Below are positions 1 through 9,488 of a DNA stretch of 64,000 nucleotides, one piece after another (the first letter of the stretch is position 1; each line of letters begins with the position of its first letter). The stretch comes from Eubacteriales bacterium. Lineage in GTDB: Bacteria > Bacillota > Clostridia > Oscillospirales > CAG-272. Location: positions 1,730 to 65,729 of the forward strand of contig JAZQWM010000009.1 in NCBI GenBank assembly GCA_045632345.1, read 5' to 3'. The translations under genes were made by a program, and so were the position numbers. Below the pieces are notes generated by a model. The model was given only the letters and a program-made list of their open reading frames with translations, ran no database searches and was not told the origin of the DNA.

Positions 1-494
1 CCGTCAATAATTGCTTTGACTTCCTCGAAGGTTTTGCCAATTTCGCTTCCCTTGCCTGCCATTGTTTCAATAAGAACCATTGTTCTTTCGCTATTTTTTA
101 AAATATCGTTTAACGTGTCAATGGTCTTGGCAATTCCAACGTCTGAGCCTTGTGAAACGTGGCTGCCCGGGTGGAAGTTGTAAAGAACATTTGGGATTTT
201 ATCAAGAAGGCGTAAATCCTCTGCCATTGTTCTTTTTGTATAATCACGAATCCCTTCGTCAGCCGCGCATGGATTGAAGGTATATGGCGCGTGGGCAATA
301 ATTGGAGCAAAATTGTTTTCTTCCATTATTTTAATTAAGCCGTTTATATCCTCGTCGGTGGGAATCTTAATTCCGCCGCCACGTGGGTTTCTGGTAAAAA
401 ACTGGAACGTATTTGCACCGATTGAAAGTGCGGTTTTGCCCATATTTGTATATCCGCCCGATACGGATAAATGGCATCCTATGTTAATTTTCAT
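1..494 (-). CDS. nfo: Endonuclease IV (AP endonuclease 2 family), N-terminal part; the C-terminus runs off the window
   Basis: Not in the ORF track because no stop lies in the window. Translating the reverse strand by eye from ATG 494-492 gives MKINIGCHLSVSGGYTNMGKTALSIGANTFQFFTRNPRGG...IIAHAPYTFNPC...NFHPGSH...IETMAGKGSEIG. RBS gaggaagc lies just upstream. Confidence 0.85.
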   Translation of the reverse strand, partial: MKINIGCHLSVSGGYTNMGKTALSIGANTFQFFTRNPRGGGIKIPTDEDINGLIKIMEENNFAPIIAHAPYTFNPCAADEGIRDYTKRTMAEDLRLLDKIPNVLYNFHPGSHVSQGSDVGIAKTIDTLNDILKNSERTMVLIETMAGKGSEIGKTFEEVKAIID

Positions 495-506
495 TTTTGC
501 TTCCTC

Positions 507-1790
507 TTAAATTATGAAATCAAATTCAAAATCATAAATTGAAACAGCGTCTCCGTCCTTACAGCCCGCCTCTTTAAGCTTTTCAATAACGCCGCTCTTA
601 AGTAAAACTCTTTGGAAGAAGGATAGTGATTCTCTGTCATAGAAGTTAACCTGACCAACCAAGTTAAAGAGCCATTCGCCCTCAACTATATAAGTACCCT
701 TATCATCCTTAGTGATTGTAATAGCATGGTCGTCGCCATCACTTAAAATAGCGTCCTCCGGAGCATAATCTGCTTCATAGATTGTAAGCGGTGGTAGTTC
801 GGTAAGCATATTATCAATTTTTTCAATAAGCTCGTCTGTATTTTCGCCTGTATATGCTGAAATATAAATTAAATCCCAGCCCTGCTCCTTGATATATGCT
901 TCAAAAGCATCAACGTCAACAACACTTCTGTCAAGCGAATCCACTTTGTTTGCACAGATAATACGAGGTCTTGTTGATAGCTCTGCAGAAAACTTGGAAA
1001 GCTCTTCGTCAATTACCTTAATATCGTCTATTGGATTTCTGCCCTCGAAGCATGAAATATCCACAACTTGAACAAGAAGTCTGCATCTTTCGATATGGCG
1101 CAAAAACGCATGTCCTAAGCCTTGTCCCTCAGATGCTCCCTCAATAAGTCCCGGAATATCAGCCATTACAAAGCCATGTCCTTCTCTTACTCTAACAACA
1201 CCTAAATTTGGTGAAAGAGTTGTGAAATGATAATCTGCAATTTTAGGTCTTGCATCGCTGACTGCTGCAAGAAGCGATGACTTTCCTGCGCTTGGCAAGC
1301 CAACAAGTCCTACGTCTGCAAGCATTTTAAGTTCAAGAACTAATTCCCATTCCTGACCCTTTGTTCCGCTTTTTGCAAACATTGGAATTTGGCGTGTTGG
1401 TGTAGCAAAATGCTTGTTACCCCAGCCGCCACGTCCGCCCTTGGCGCAAATCCAGTCTTCACAGTCGGACATATCCTTTAATATTTTACCTGATTTTTCG
1501 TCCTTAATAAGCGTTCCCTCAGGTACTTTGATAATAATATCCTCGCCGTTTTTGCCGTGGAACTTAGCTCCTGCGCCATCTCCACCGTTTGTTGCGACAA
1601 ATTTTCTTTTATATCTAAATGACAAAAGAGTATTTGTTCCTTTATCAATAGTGAAAATAACGTTTCCGCCGTTTCCACCGTCGCCGCCGTCAGGTCCACC
1701 CTTGGCAACGTATTTTTCTCTTCTGAAGGAAACGCAGCCGTTTCCGCCGTTTCCTGCTTTTACATAAATTTTAACCTTATCTATAAACAT
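507..1790 (-). CDS. obg: GTPase Obg/CgtA
   Basis: 427-aa ORF. Gly-rich Obg fold (GNGGNGCVSFRREKY, GGDGGNGGNV), G1 GLPSAGKSS, G3 DIPGLIEGA. RBS aggaggt. Confidence 0.96.
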   Translation of the reverse strand: MFIDKVKIYVKAGNGGNGCVSFRREKYVAKGGPDGGDGGNGGNVIFTIDKGTNTLLSFRYKRKFVATNGGDGAGAKFHGKNGEDIIIKVPEGTLIKDEKSGKILKDMSDCEDWICAKGGRGGWGNKHFATPTRQIPMFAKSGTKGQEWELVLELKMLADVGLVGLPSAGKSSLLAAVSDARPKIADYHFTTLSPNLGVVRVREGHGFVMADIPGLIEGASEGQGLGHAFLRHIERCRLLVQVVDISCFEGRNPIDDIKVIDEELSKFSAELSTRPRIICANKVDSLDRSVVDVDAFEAYIKEQGWDLIYISAYTGENTDELIEKIDNMLTELPPLTIYEADYAPEDAILSDGDDHAITITKDDKGTYIVEGEWLFNLVGQVNFYDRESLSFFQRVLLKSGVIEKLKEAGCKDGDAVSIYDFEFDFII

Positions 1791-1844
1791 TTTTTACCTC
1801 CTTGTTTTTGCATGATATAAAGTGAGGTTAATCAATATCAAAAT

Positions 1845-3995
1845 CTATATATTATCTTCTTCGGAGTCCGTATTATCAACGGTTTCGTTTAAATCCTCTT
1901 CCGTCATCTGCACCCTTACGGATGCTTTTTCTATTTTAAGCGGATTTTCCAAAGTATTTTCTATTATTTGATATTCACTTGAGTTATCAAATTCTTCTTT
2001 TTGCTGTTGCTTTTCTTTAGCGCTTGCCGCGTAGTCGTCCATACGCTTTTTAAATTTAGCATCAATGTTTTTAGGCAAACGAACGTATTTTCTGCTTGGA
2101 GTTTTTTCTTGATTAGCTTCCTCATCTAACACGACATCCAAAACTGACATAGTATGGTCGTAGGTCAAGCTTTCAGGAGCTTCCTCTTCTCTTTCGATAC
2201 GGATATACGCAAAGGAAAGAGCGATTAAAATCCAGAACATTAAAAATATTTTTTTGTCATACCACGTATAGTTGGCAACGCCTGCCAAGGTTAGACCTGC
2301 AATAGCGCAAAAGCTTGCACAGCAGTTTATTTTTCTATATTGGTTTTTCGCCTTCAAACAATAGGAAAACGTAAGTCTGATAAGCATAACGCCAAACACT
2401 AATATACCGATAAATACTATTACACCGTACTCTAACAGTGCTTGAATTATTGCGTTATCAAAATATCCCTCGTTAGCTTGGAACGTTGATTTGAAAACCC
2501 CTTCGCCAAGACCGATACCGAAAGGCTTTTTGAGTACTAGGCTTAATCCGTTCATTGTTTCATCAATCAAGCCTGTTAACGATACACCCTCAAGAATTTT
2601 AGTGGATAAAATACTTTCAAGAGCTGTTTTTGGAAGTGTAAAATAAAGAACCGGACACATCACTAAAATGGCTAGCGTTAAATATACGAAGTTCCTATTA
2701 AATATCATCAGCAGCAGTAATGATGCGCATGCTATGCCGATAATGCCTGAAAGTGAATTTGTAAGGCATAAGGCAACCACCATAACTATACCGATTAAAA
2801 TACCGTTTAATTTCTTCCAGCCGTTTCTCTCCGATATAAAATGCACCATGGAAAATGGGATTACCGCGGCAAGATAATGAGCTAAAACGTCGGAGCTATT
2901 GAACGTTCCTACCGCGTTTTGTCCATTAATAAATAAGAATGAAAGCTGTGGAATATTTACTTCCGTATTACCGAATATTACTTGAATAATTGAAATGATA
3001 GCTACCGCTAAGCCTGAAAACACTAGTGAAATCAAGCATCTTCTAAACCATTCCTTTGAGCGTATTAGATTTGTTAATACAAAATAGAACAAGGTGAAGC
3101 ATGCTAAAAACAATGCGTTTGTGATTGACTCCTTAGGGTTAACGGAGATAGAGCCACGTATCAGGGTTAGGGCGAATATCATTATAACAAATACGTCAAA
3201 ATATTCGATTTTAAAGGTTCTTCTGCCTAAAATACACTTTACCGTGTAGCTAAAGAGCACGAATAAAACGCAATATAGAAGTATTTTAACAGGTGCGAAT
3301 GGCAATATTGTAACAACTGCCAAGGCGCCGATTTCCGGGTGGCGTAAAACGCAATATGCTAGTATAGTCAAGAGCATGATTCCCACTAAGCCAAGAGGCG
3401 TAGTAAAATAGGATAAAATTCCTAATCCTATTCCAATGAAAAATGCTACGTTAGTAAGTGATACACGTTTTTTTTCAGAAATTTGTCTCATTCTTTCTTT
3501 GTTCATGCCAAAAAATCTGAACAAAATCAAATCACTTATCTTACTGTTGTAAATATTGGTTGATATAGGTTTTCCCGACACTAAAAAGGGAATGCCTAAA
3601 CCGCATACAATTAGTCCGGATACGAACATAGGAAACGTTACTTCCAAAAACAAAACGTATTCGTTTAACGGATACAATAGCGCTATTGTTGCGCCCATTG
3701 TTATTAGTATAAAGCCGTAATCGCGCGTTGTTACACGAAGCAGCCAATCAGCGAACTTACGGATTGCTTTTATGATAGCGTTTTTTTGAATTGATTTGGA
3801 AACAGCCTTTTTAATTCTGCTGTGTCCTACTTTTTTTCTTTTGCGTTTAGCCGATTGCAGATATTTTTCGTTAGCCTCGTCATATGAGGTAAAGAATCTG
3901 CCAAATATTCCGTTTTTAAAAAGGAAAAAGATTTTTTCACTGATAACATCAAATATTGAGCGACCGTCTATCTTGCTCTTCTTTTTTCTTTCCAA
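1845..3995 (-). CDS. Polytopic membrane protein, O-antigen-ligase (Wzy_C)-like, with a long acidic C-terminal tail
   Basis: 716-aa ORF with many hydrophobic helices. SLSGIIGIACASLLLL and GIGLGEG...DNAIIQALLEYGVIVFIG resemble the Wzy_C core. The last ~110 aa are rich in K, E and D. Confidence 0.55.
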   Translation of the reverse strand: MERKKKSKIDGRSIFDVISEKIFFLFKNGIFGRFFTSYDEANEKYLQSAKRKRKKVGHSRIKKAVSKSIQKNAIIKAIRKFADWLLRVTTRDYGFILITMGATIALLYPLNEYVLFLEVTFPMFVSGLIVCGLGIPFLVSGKPISTNIYNSKISDLILFRFFGMNKERMRQISEKKRVSLTNVAFFIGIGLGILSYFTTPLGLVGIMLLTILAYCVLRHPEIGALAVVTILPFAPVKILLYCVLFVLFSYTVKCILGRRTFKIEYFDVFVIMIFALTLIRGSISVNPKESITNALFLACFTLFYFVLTNLIRSKEWFRRCLISLVFSGLAVAIISIIQVIFGNTEVNIPQLSFLFINGQNAVGTFNSSDVLAHYLAAVIPFSMVHFISERNGWKKLNGILIGIVMVVALCLTNSLSGIIGIACASLLLLMIFNRNFVYLTLAILVMCPVLYFTLPKTALESILSTKILEGVSLTGLIDETMNGLSLVLKKPFGIGLGEGVFKSTFQANEGYFDNAIIQALLEYGVIVFIGILVFGVMLIRLTFSYCLKAKNQYRKINCCASFCAIAGLTLAGVANYTWYDKKIFLMFWILIALSFAYIRIEREEEAPESLTYDHTMSVLDVVLDEEANQEKTPSRKYVRLPKNIDAKFKKRMDDYAASAKEKQQQKEEFDNSSEYQIIENTLENPLKIEKASVRVQMTEEDLNETVDNTDSEEDNI

Positions 3996-4033
3996 TTTCT
4001 CACATCCAATCTTTGTTATACAGTTTGGTAGGT

Positions 4034-4759
4034 TTACTTACGCTTTTTAGTAAAAGGCAAGCCGTTCTTTTCAACATATTTTTCGTAAAGGTCCGGGCGG
4101 CGTTCCTTTGTTAACTCTAAGGATTTTTCAAGCCGCCATTTATCAATATTGGCATGATGACCAGAAAGTAAAACCTCTGGAACTTCTTTGCCGTTGAACA
4201 CGGGAGGGCGTGTATATTGAGGATATTCTAAAAGCCCTGATGCTATGCTTTCCTTTTCGTAGCATTCCTTATCGGATAATACTCCGTCAATAAGACGTGA
4301 AATTGCATCAACCATTATACATGCAGGAATTTCGCCACCTGTTAATACGTAGTCTCCTATAGAAATTTCCTCATCAACTATTTCATCAATTACTCTTTGG
4401 TCAACGCCCTCATAATGTCCGCAAAGGATAACTATGTTATCATACTGTGTTAGCTCTTTTGCAATTTCATGATTGAAAATTCTGCCTCGGGGAGATGCGT
4501 AAATTACGTATCTTTTACATTCAGGCTGTTTTTCGCAAACTGCTTTAAAGCAATCACAGATTGGCTGAGTTGCCATAAGCATTCCCTTGCCGCCTCCATA
4601 TGGAGCGTCATCTGTTTTCTTGTGCTTATCAAGAGTGTAATCGCGTATATTATGGGTCTCAACCGTGATAAGATTGTTTTTTTGCGCTCTACCGATTACA
4701 CTTTCATTTAAAACCGCTTCAACCATTTCCGGAAAAAGCGTCATTACGTCAAATCTCAT
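4034..4759 (-). CDS. trmD: tRNA (guanine37-N1)-methyltransferase
   Basis: 241-aa ORF. MRFDVMTLFPEM, GHYEGVDQRV, YPQYTRP. Confidence 0.96.
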   Translation of the reverse strand: MRFDVMTLFPEMVEAVLNESVIGRAQKNNLITVETHNIRDYTLDKHKKTDDAPYGGGKGMLMATQPICDCFKAVCEKQPECKRYVIYASPRGRIFNHEIAKELTQYDNIVILCGHYEGVDQRVIDEIVDEEISIGDYVLTGGEIPACIMVDAISRLIDGVLSDKECYEKESIASGLLEYPQYTRPPVFNGKEVPEVLLSGHHANIDKWRLEKSLELTKERRPDLYEKYVEKNGLPFTKKRK

Positions 4760-4779
4760 TTTGCTTTCCTTATATTGTT

Positions 4780-5289
4780 TTAGTCAATCATTCCTTCTAT
4801 CGGAGTGATTTTAATTCCTGTTTCTAAGGATATTTCACTAACGAATTCGCTTATTGCAGGAACATAGGCTTCGCTCTTGCCTTCTCTTTGGATTACGTAG
4901 ATGTCCTGCGCGCCTTGGTTGATAACGTCCTTAAGGGTACCATATAGCTCGTTTGTATTAGCGTCTCTTACCTCTAAGCCGATTAGGTCAACTATGAAAA
5001 AGTCGTTTTCATCAACTAAAAGATCTTCTCTTTTAGCGTAAATTGTTTTCATTCTAACGCCGACTACTTGCTCGGGAGTTGTAAATCCGTCAAGTAAAAC
5101 TATTACAGAGTTTTTATAAGGAGAGGACTTTTTAACCTTTACTGCCTTATAGCTATTTCCTTCTTTGAAATATACGGTTTTCAGCTCCATAAAAATCTCT
5201 GCGCTGTCGCAAAAGTGATTAACCACCATCGCGCCGTTTATGCCGTGGGCTCGTGTTATTTGACCGCACTCTAAATATTCGTGTATCAT
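4780..5289 (-). CDS. rimM: 16S rRNA processing protein RimM
   Basis: The ORF runs 4780..5325. I moved the start to ATG 5289 (ggaga RBS upstream). GQITRAHGINGAM N-domain plus a PRC-barrel C-domain; lies directly upstream of trmD. Confidence 0.9.
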   Translation of the reverse strand: MIHEYLECGQITRAHGINGAMVVNHFCDSAEIFMELKTVYFKEGNSYKAVKVKKSSPYKNSVIVLLDGFTTPEQVVGVRMKTIYAKREDLLVDENDFFIVDLIGLEVRDANTNELYGTLKDVINQGAQDIYVIQREGKSEAYVPAISEFVSEISLETGIKITPIEGMID

Positions 5290-5412
5290 ATTATCTCCAT
5301 TCAGTAAGCTTCTAAAATAGATCATAAATTTCCATAGTATATTGTAGCATATTATTATATAAATATCAAGATAAATAATTATAAAAAAGCGATAAAAATG
5401 TTGGAAAAGCCC

Positions 5413-5441
5413 TTGACAAGTTGGAATTTATGTGTTAAAAT
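5413..5441 (+). promoter_or_regulatory. Sigma-A-type promoter of rpmG-secE-nusG
   Basis: TTGACA (5413-5418), 17-nt spacer, TGtTAAAAT (5436-5441). Leaves a leader of about 140 nt. Confidence 0.55.
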
Positions 5442-5587
5442 AGTTGCACCTCTTGTATGGGGTACTTTTTTTGGCGCGCAAAAATGTCAAAAAATAGGTA
5501 AATCCTCTTGTAAGAGGGAGGTACAAAATGCACGCAAGTGCAAATTTATGGGTTCTACCCAAATCATAATTAGGAGGTGCCGCAAAA

Positions 5588-5749
5588 ATGGCTAATGAAG
5601 CAAGAGTCAAGGTTACTTTCGTTTGCACAGAATGCAAACAACGTAATTACGACACAAAGAAAAACAAGAAGAACGACCCTGATAGACTTGAAATGAACAA
5701 GTTCTGTCGTTTTTGTCGTAAGCACACCTTGCACAAGGAATCTAAGTAA
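5588..5749 (+). CDS. rpmG: 50S ribosomal protein L33
   Basis: Below the ORF-track size cutoff. By-eye translation: [56 protein letters not shown] aggaggt 8 nt upstream; CxxC...CxxC zinc ribbon. Confidence 0.93.
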   Translation: MANEARVKVTFVCTECKQRNYDTKKNKKNDPDRLEMNKFCRFCRKHTLHKESK

Positions 5750-5760
5750 GGAGTGAGAGT

Positions 5761-5997
5761 ATGGCAGACAAGACAAACGTAAAAACTCAAAAATCAGACA
5801 AGCCCGGTTTCTTCGCCAGACTCGGCAAAAGATTCAAGGGGCTCAAGAGCGAATTCAATAAAATCAAATGGGCTAACCTCAAGGCTACTACAAAGAGCTT
5901 TGGTATAGTTCTCGTTGGTTTAATTGTATTTGGCGTTGCTATCGGTATTGTTGACTTAGGTCTCGGTTCACTTTTCAGATGGCTTCTCTCTCTATAA
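5761..5997 (+). CDS. secE: Preprotein translocase subunit SecE
   Basis: 78 aa with a basic N-terminus and a single C-terminal TM helix (FGIVLVGLIVFGVAIGIV). Canonical position between rpmG and nusG. Confidence 0.9.
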   Translation: MADKTNVKTQKSDKPGFFARLGKRFKGLKSEFNKIKWANLKATTKSFGIVLVGLIVFGVAIGIVDLGLGSLFRWLLSL

Positions 5998-6009
5998 AGA
6001 GGTGCAGCG

Positions 6010-6549
6010 ATGAGTGATTTTAACGAGCTTAACGTCGGACCAAGATGGTATGTTGTACATACCTACACAGGTTACGAAAATAAGGTTAAAGCAACTATTG
6101 AAAAGGCTGTTGAATACAGAAGTCTTCAAGATTCAATTTTTGACGTAAAGATTCCTGTAATCACAACTACTACTGTTGATGCAAAGGGTAAAGAAAAAAT
6201 CGTTGAAGAAAAGATTTTCCCAGCTTACGTTTTCGTTAAAATGGTTATGAATGATGAAACATGGCACGTTATCAGAAATATTAGCGGTGTTACAGGTTTC
6301 GTAGGTCCTGGATCACGTCCAGTTCCATTAACCGATGAGGAAGCACTTGCAATCGCAGTTGAAGAAAAGGTTGAGCTTAATAAGTTCACAGTTGGCGACG
6401 AAGTAGAAATCATCGACGGTTTCTTAACTGGCCACAGCGGTAAAATCAGCGAAATTTCTGATGACGCTCAAGAAGTTACCGTTATCGTATCATCTATAGG
6501 CCGTGATATGCCTGTAAGTCTTGATGCGAAAGCAATCAAAAAGAAATAA
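6010..6549 (+). CDS. nusG: Transcription termination/antitermination factor NusG
   Basis: 179 aa. NGN motif WYVVHTYTGYENKV; KOW motif GDEVEIIDGFLTGHSGKISEI. Confidence 0.96.
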   Translation: MSDFNELNVGPRWYVVHTYTGYENKVKATIEKAVEYRSLQDSIFDVKIPVITTTTVDAKGKEKIVEEKIFPAYVFVKMVMNDETWHVIRNISGVTGFVGPGSRPVPLTDEEALAIAVEEKVELNKFTVGDEVEIIDGFLTGHSGKISEISDDAQEVTVIVSSIGRDMPVSLDAKAIKKK

Positions 6550-6585
6550 AATTATAGCGCGTGACTGCTATGAGAGTCACAAATC

Positions 6586-6640
6586 AGTGGGAGAGAGAAA
6601 AATCTTTTCTAATTCTCTCGTAGAGTACCACTTAGGAGGT
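6586..6640 (+). promoter_or_regulatory. Candidate L1-binding translational operator hairpin abutting the rplK RBS
   Basis: AGTGG-GAGAGAG...CTCTC-gtagagta-CCACT (6586-6632), immediately followed by taggaggt. Confidence 0.3.
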
Positions 6641-6648
6641 TTTTAATT

Positions 6649-7074
6649 ATGGCTAAGAAAATTCAGGGTTACATTAAACTTCAAATCCCTGCAGGTAAAG
6701 CAACACCACAACCACCAATCGGTCCAGCCCTTGGTCAATACGGTGTTTCAATTCCTAACTTCACAAAGGAATTTAACGAAAGAACAAAAAATGATATCGG
6801 TTACATCATTCCTGTTGTAATCACAGTATATGCTGACCGTTCATTCACATTTATCACAAAGACTCCACCAGCTCCAGTTCTTATTAAGAAGGCTGCAGGT
6901 ATTGAAACTGCTTCAGCTGCTCCTAACAAGACAAAGGTTGCTAAGCTCACAAAGGAACAAGTACAAAAGATCGCTGAAACAAAGATGCCTGACTTAAATG
7001 CAGGTTCTTTAGAGGCTGCTATGAGCATGATCGCTGGTACTGCTCGTTCTATGGGTATCACTGTTGAGGAATAA
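6649..7074 (+). CDS. rplK: 50S ribosomal protein L11
   Basis: 141 aa. [33 protein letters not shown]. Confidence 0.97.
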   Translation: MAKKIQGYIKLQIPAGKATPQPPIGPALGQYGVSIPNFTKEFNERTKNDIGYIIPVVITVYADRSFTFITKTPPAPVLIKKAAGIETASAAPNKTKVAKLTKEQVQKIAETKMPDLNAGSLEAAMSMIAGTARSMGITVEE

Positions 7075-7094
7075 GGATTAGGAGGTAATTTGAG

Positions 7095-7787
7095 ATGAAA
7101 ATGGGAAAGAAATATATCGCAAGTGCGGAACTCATTGAAGCTTCAAAGCTCTATGATCCAGCAGAAGCAATGAAATTAGTTTGCGAAACAGCAAAGGCTA
7201 AATTTGATGAAACTATCGAAGTTCACGTTCGTCTCGGCGTTGACTCACGTCACGCTGACCAACAGGTAAGAGGCGCAGTTGTTCTCCCACACGGTACAGG
7301 TAAGACAGTTCGTACACTTGTATTCGCTAAGGGCGACAAGGCAAAGGCTGCTCTTGATGCAGGCGCTGACTACGTTGGTGACGTTGACTACGTTGAAAAG
7401 ATTACAAAGGAAAACTGGTTTGAGTTCGACGTTGTAATCGCAACTCCTGATATGATGGGTGTTATCGGTCGTCTCGGTAAGGTTCTCGGTCCTAAGGGCC
7501 TTATGCCTAACCCAAAGGCTGGTACAGTTACAATGGATACTGCTAAGGCTGTTACAGAAGCTAAGGCTGGTAAGATTGAGTACCGTCTTGACAAGACAAA
7601 CATCATTCACTGTCCAATCGGTAAGGCTTCATTCGGCGTTGAAAAGCTTGGCGAAAACTTCGCTACTCTTCTCGGTGCTATTATCAAGGCTAAGCCAGCT
7701 GCTGCAAAGGGACAATACATTAAGAGCTGCACAGTAGCTTCTACAATGGGCCCTGGCATCAAGGTTAACTCAGCTAAGATTGGCTAA
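7095..7787 (+). CDS. rplA: 50S ribosomal protein L1
   Basis: 230 aa. [44 protein letters not shown] ggagg 9 nt upstream. Confidence 0.97.
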   Translation: MKMGKKYIASAELIEASKLYDPAEAMKLVCETAKAKFDETIEVHVRLGVDSRHADQQVRGAVVLPHGTGKTVRTLVFAKGDKAKAALDAGADYVGDVDYVEKITKENWFEFDVVIATPDMMGVIGRLGKVLGPKGLMPNPKAGTVTMDTAKAVTEAKAGKIEYRLDKTNIIHCPIGKASFGVEKLGENFATLLGAIIKAKPAAAKGQYIKSCTVASTMGPGIKVNSAKIG

Positions 7788-7797
7788 TTTATAAAAT

Positions 7798-7830
7798 TAA
7801 AATCCTCACAAGCTTGTGAGGATTTTTTAT
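7798..7830 (+). terminator. Rho-independent terminator after rplA
   Basis: aatcctcaca-agct-tgtgaggatt followed by a T-run. Confidence 0.85.
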
Positions 7831-7845
7831 TTGTCTTATAAAGTA

Positions 7846-7876
7846 AAATAAAGCGAGATACCTCGCTTTATTTTTA
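7846..7876 (-). terminator. Terminator after the 7884..8507 gene (bidirectional hairpin)
   Basis: aaagcgag-atac-ctcgcttt flanked by A-runs and T-runs. Confidence 0.7.
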
Positions 7877-7883
7877 TCCAATT

Positions 7884-8507
7884 TTAGATATTTGCGTTTG
7901 CTTCTCTCTTTTTCTTTAAGCCGTACTTAATAGCCACCACCATTTCATAAATGAAATATCCGTGAAGCGCTAAGTCAATTATGTACGTTGCATCTAAAGC
8001 TGTAATAGTGTCAACTAAAAGTAAAAGCGTATCGAATGCAAATAGCACCATAGCGCAAATTAGCCAGCCAACCTTTTTCTTTGAGAAAATCCAACAAATG
8101 ATATACGGTATAACACTAATAACACCTATTATAACGGTTGCAATTAAAATTGCTATATCTCCGTCTGCTTCTGCGTAGATATATCCGCCTGTCGCTCCTA
8201 TCATAAGAGTGATATATGAAGAAAAAAGAAAGTACGTTCCATTAAAAATTAATGAGAAAAGGTTCACTATTGATAATACTGTTACTATAAGTAATGAATA
8301 TCTTGCAACCTTATATTTTTGCTCGCCTATCTTTTCTGCAACGTTTTCCGGAGTTATAGCAGTCTCGTTTTGCGCTTCTTCTCCGCCATTTTCATTGGAT
8401 TTCTCTGACACAACATCGGTATATTCTTCTTTAGAAGATTTTCCTTCAATTGAATCTTCAAGCTCGTTTGCAACAGAATTTACGTTGTTTAACTCGTTAT
8501 TTTCCAT
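7884..8507 (-). CDS. Hypothetical membrane protein (acidic N-terminal region plus about 4 TM helices)
   Basis: 207-aa ORF with RBS aaggaga and flanking terminators. I recognise no family. Confidence 0.6.
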   Translation of the reverse strand: MENNELNNVNSVANELEDSIEGKSSKEEYTDVVSEKSNENGGEEAQNETAITPENVAEKIGEQKYKVARYSLLIVTVLSIVNLFSLIFNGTYFLFSSYITLMIGATGGYIYAEADGDIAILIATVIIGVISVIPYIICWIFSKKKVGWLICAMVLFAFDTLLLLVDTITALDATYIIDLALHGYFIYEMVVAIKYGLKKKREANANI

Positions 8508-8581
8508 TTTATTGTCTCCTTTCGCGAAATTTATAATAATTTGACATTACTCTGTCATTATATCACTTAAAATAAGATAAA

Positions 8582-9361
8582 TCAATATAACTTTTCTAAA
8601 AGCTTTATTGATTCCTGTCCCTCTTGAATTTCGCTTGCATTTTGAATAACAAATTCAAGCTGTTCCTTAGCTTTTTCAATTTCGTTTTCTAGTATGTATA
8701 TACGTGCAAGATTATAGGCATACGTTACTTTTAAAAGCTGACAATTAGCATTGAATTTTTCAAGGTGTGCTTTAGCCTGTTCAGCGTCATTTTTCATGAT
8801 AGCAATATCACTTGCGATACCAGATAAACGGCTAATGTTTTCTTCTTTGATTTTAGGATTTGTTATCATATCATTAAAGCCAAATGCTAAGTTATAATTC
8901 TCCTCCGCTTTTGCTGCATTATTTAATGCTGAATAAATTGCCGACAAGTTTAAATTGTACACAAAAAACACATGTGGGTGCTTAGGTGGAATTTTATTTA
9001 GGGCAACAGAAAGCATGATTTCAAGAGCTTTTTCTTGCGTTTCCATTTTTTGTGCTAATGCAGAAGCATAATTCATTTGGGTGATATAGCTTTTGGGGTT
9101 GTATTTATACATAAGCTCAGTATATTCGATATACTCTTTCGGTTTGCAAGTAATTTGATACTCCTTGATTATACTTTTTAATTTCCTATACGGAATTGAA
9201 TTAATTATTAAACCAAATAATAAGCTTACACTAATAAAAATTAGAATTATATATATTCGCCCTAATGTGCTGAAATATTCTGCTAGCGTTATAAAAACAC
9301 ATGCAATAATAATAAAAATCCACGTTAAAAGCTTACTATGTTTTACAATAAATTTATCCAT
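8582..9361 (-). CDS. Hypothetical membrane-anchored helical-repeat (TPR-like) protein
   Basis: 259-aa ORF with two N-terminal TM helices followed by helical-repeat-like sequence. Has its own TTGACA-17-TACAAT promoter. Confidence 0.6.
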   Translation of the reverse strand: MDKFIVKHSKLLTWIFIIIACVFITLAEYFSTLGRIYIILIFISVSLLFGLIINSIPYRKLKSIIKEYQITCKPKEYIEYTELMYKYNPKSYITQMNYASALAQKMETQEKALEIMLSVALNKIPPKHPHVFFVYNLNLSAIYSALNNAAKAEENYNLAFGFNDMITNPKIKEENISRLSGIASDIAIMKNDAEQAKAHLEKFNANCQLLKVTYAYNLARIYILENEIEKAKEQLEFVIQNASEIQEGQESIKLLEKLY

Positions 9362-9389
9362 GTATTATTCCCTTTCATATTATGTTTAC

Positions 9390-9418
9390 ATTGTATCACT
9401 TATAAAATGCTTTGTCAA
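9390..9418 (-). promoter_or_regulatory. Promoter of the 8582..9361 gene
   Basis: Gene-sense TTGACA-17-TACAAT. Confidence 0.5.
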
Positions 9419-9429
9419 TAAAAGCAAAG

Positions 9430-9477
9430 AAAAAAGCTGTAAACCGTAGGTTGCTTCTTGCTAACCTACGGTTTACA
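9430..9477 (-). terminator. Terminator after the NUDIX gene
   Basis: 15-bp stem tgtaaaccgtaggtt / aacctacggtttaca, with a U-run on the minus strand. Confidence 0.85.
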
Positions 9478-9488
9478 TTTTGTATTTT

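Noticed and set aside
274-510. 78-aa plus-strand ORF (and the 80..277 and 110..310 ORFs) at the window start
   Set aside because: They lie antisense to, or out of frame with, a clear endonuclease IV reading frame on the minus strand. They have no RBS.
1414-1767. 117-aa Pro-rich ORF antisense to obg
   Set aside because: It is the mirror image of the Gly-rich Obg N-domain codons (GGN read as NCC). It is entirely inside obg.
5398-5776. Three 65-69-aa ORFs around the rpmG leader
   Set aside because: They overlap the promoter and leader, or run antisense to rpmG/secE. They have no RBS. The real small gene here is rpmG (5588-5749).
6561-6580. Hairpin gtgact...agtcac right after nusG, considered as a terminator
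   Set aside because: No U-run follows it, and rplK expression needs read-through or a nearby promoter. I left it uncalled.
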